From Balanoglossus misakiensis (lineage: Eukaryota; Animalia; Hemichordata): a DNA stretch of 64,000 nucleotides. The position numbers were made by a program, and so were the translations under genes. The stretch's first letter is position 1. Each line of letters starts with the position of its first letter. The notes under the pieces were generated by a model. It searched no databases. It worked only from the letters and a program-made list of their open reading frames with translations, and was not told where the DNA came from. Location: the NCBI GenBank assembly GCA_040954595.2, contig CM082580.2, positions 7,106,290-7,170,289 on the forward strand, written 5' to 3'. Of this stretch, positions 62,401 through 64,000 are shown one piece after another.

Positions 62401-64000
62401 ATCAAAATTTCTTCATTTTTTCGAAAAACCATGGGTTATAGCCCATGAAAATCATCCAAAATGACAATTTTTCGACTTTGCGAAATATCAAAATTTCTTC
62501 ATTTTTTCGAAAAAACCATGGGTTATAGCCCATGAAAATCATCCAAAAATGACAATTTTTCGACTTTGCGAAATATCAAAATTTCTTATTTTTTCGAAAA
62601 AACCATGGGTTATAGCCCATGAAAAATCATCCAAAAATGACAATTTTTCGACTTTGCGAAATATCAAAATTTCTTCATTTTTTCGAAAAAACCATGGGTT
62701 ATAGCCCATGAAAATCATCCAAAAATGACAATTTTTCGACTTTGCGAAATATCAAAATTTCTTCATTTTTTCGAAAAAACCATGGGTTATAGCCCATGAA
62801 AATCATCCAAAAATGACAATTTTTCGACTTTGCGAAATATCAAAATTTCTTCATTTTTTCGAAAAAACCATGGGTTATAGCCCATGAAAATCATCCAAAA
62901 ATGACAATTTTTCGACTTTGCGAAATATCAAAATTTCTTCATTTTTTTCGAAAAAACCATGGGTTATAGCCCCATGAAAATCATCCCAAAATGACAATTT
63001 TTCGACTTTGCGAAATATCAAATTTCTTCATTTTTCGAAAAAACCATGGGTTATAGCCCATGAAAATCATCCAAAAATGACAATTTTTCGACTTTGCGAA
63101 ATATCAAAATTTCTTCATTTTTTCGAAAAACCATGGGTTATAGCCCATGAAAATCATCCAAAAATGACAATTTTTCGACTTTGCGAAATATCAAAATTTC
63201 TTCATTTTTTCGAAAAAACCATGGGTTATAAGCCCATGAAAATCATCCAAAAATGACAATTTTTCGACTTTGCGAATATCAAAATTTCTTCATTTTTTCG
63301 AAAAAACCATGGGTTATAGCCCATGAAAATCATCCAAAAAATGACAATTTTTCGACTTTGCGAAATATCAAATTTCTTCATTTTTCGAAAAACCATGGGT
63401 TATAGCCCATGAAAAACATCCAAAATGACAATTTTTCGACTTTGCGAAATATCAAAATTTCTTCATTTTTTCGAAAAAACCATGGGTTATAGCCCATGAA
63501 AATCATCCAAAAATGAACATTTTCGACTTTGCGAAATATCAAAATTTCTTCATTTTTTCGAAAAACCATGGGTTATAGCCCTTGAAAATCATCCAAAAAT
63601 GACAATTTTTCGACTTTGCGAAATATCAAAATTTCTTCATTTTTTTCGAAAAAACCATGGGTTTATAGCCCATGAAAATCATCCAAAAATGACAATTTTT
63701 CGATTTTGCGAAATATCAAAATTTCTTCATTTTTTCGAAAAACCATGGGTTATAGCCCATGAAAATCATCCAAAAATGACAATTTTTCGACTTTGCGAAA
63801 TATCAAAATTTCTTCATTTTTTCGAAAAAACCATGGGTTATAGCCCATGAAAATCATCAAAATGACAATTTTTCGACTTTGCGAAATATCAAAATTTCTT
63901 CATTTTTTCGAAAAAAAAACATGGTTATAGCCCATGAAAATCATCCAAAAAATGACAATTTTTCGACTTTGCGAAATATCAAAAATTTCTTCATTTTTTT
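56493..64000 (+). repeat. 88-bp tandem satellite array (~85 copies, runs off the window)
   Basis: Monomer CCATGGGTTATAGCCCATGAAAATCATCCAAAAATGACAATTTTTCGACTTTGCGAAATATCAAAATTTCTTCATTTTTTCGAAAAAA. Period 88 (e.g. 57602 to 57690). Confidence 0.98.

Noticed and set aside
56493-64000. Array as a CRISPR locus or repeat-protein ORFs
   Set aside because: No unique spacers, no cas genes, eukaryotic context. The short ORFs arise from indels in the monomer.
60700-64000. Rising monomer length variation toward the window end
   Set aside because: Almost all are 1-nt homopolymer indels, typical of low-coverage long-read consensus, so probably technical.

Overview
Intron-rich eukaryotic (metazoan, probably invertebrate deuterostome) genomic DNA. 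I reconstructed gene models by hand from GT-AG junctions with consistent reading phase. Contents: (1) PGAP3 on the - strand (5 exons visible, runs off the left edge), whose ~13 kb third coding intron holds two paralogous orphan class-A GPCR genes on the + strand, each with an intronless CDS; (2) AVL9 (+, 14 exons), head-to-head with PGAP3; (3) PHGDH (+, 11 exons); (4) a single-MRH-domain CD-M6PR/ATG27-like type I membrane protein (-, 8 exons), tail-to-tail with PHGDH; (5) SOAT1/ACAT-type sterol O-acyltransferase (+, at least 11 exons). Introns carry several non-autonomous DNA transposon families: about 9 copies of an 85-bp piggyBac-type TTAA MITE, a PIF/Harbinger-type MITE and Kolobok-type elements. 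The last ~8 kb is an 88-bp dyad-rich satellite that begins ~150 bp after the SOAT1 poly(A) signal. Its left edge keeps diverged proto-units and a short inverted block. There is no prokaryotic, CRISPR, tRNA or rRNA feature. The most novel-looking items are the nested GPCR pair with almost no ECL2 and the satellite junction. I cannot show that either is a new system without database searches.
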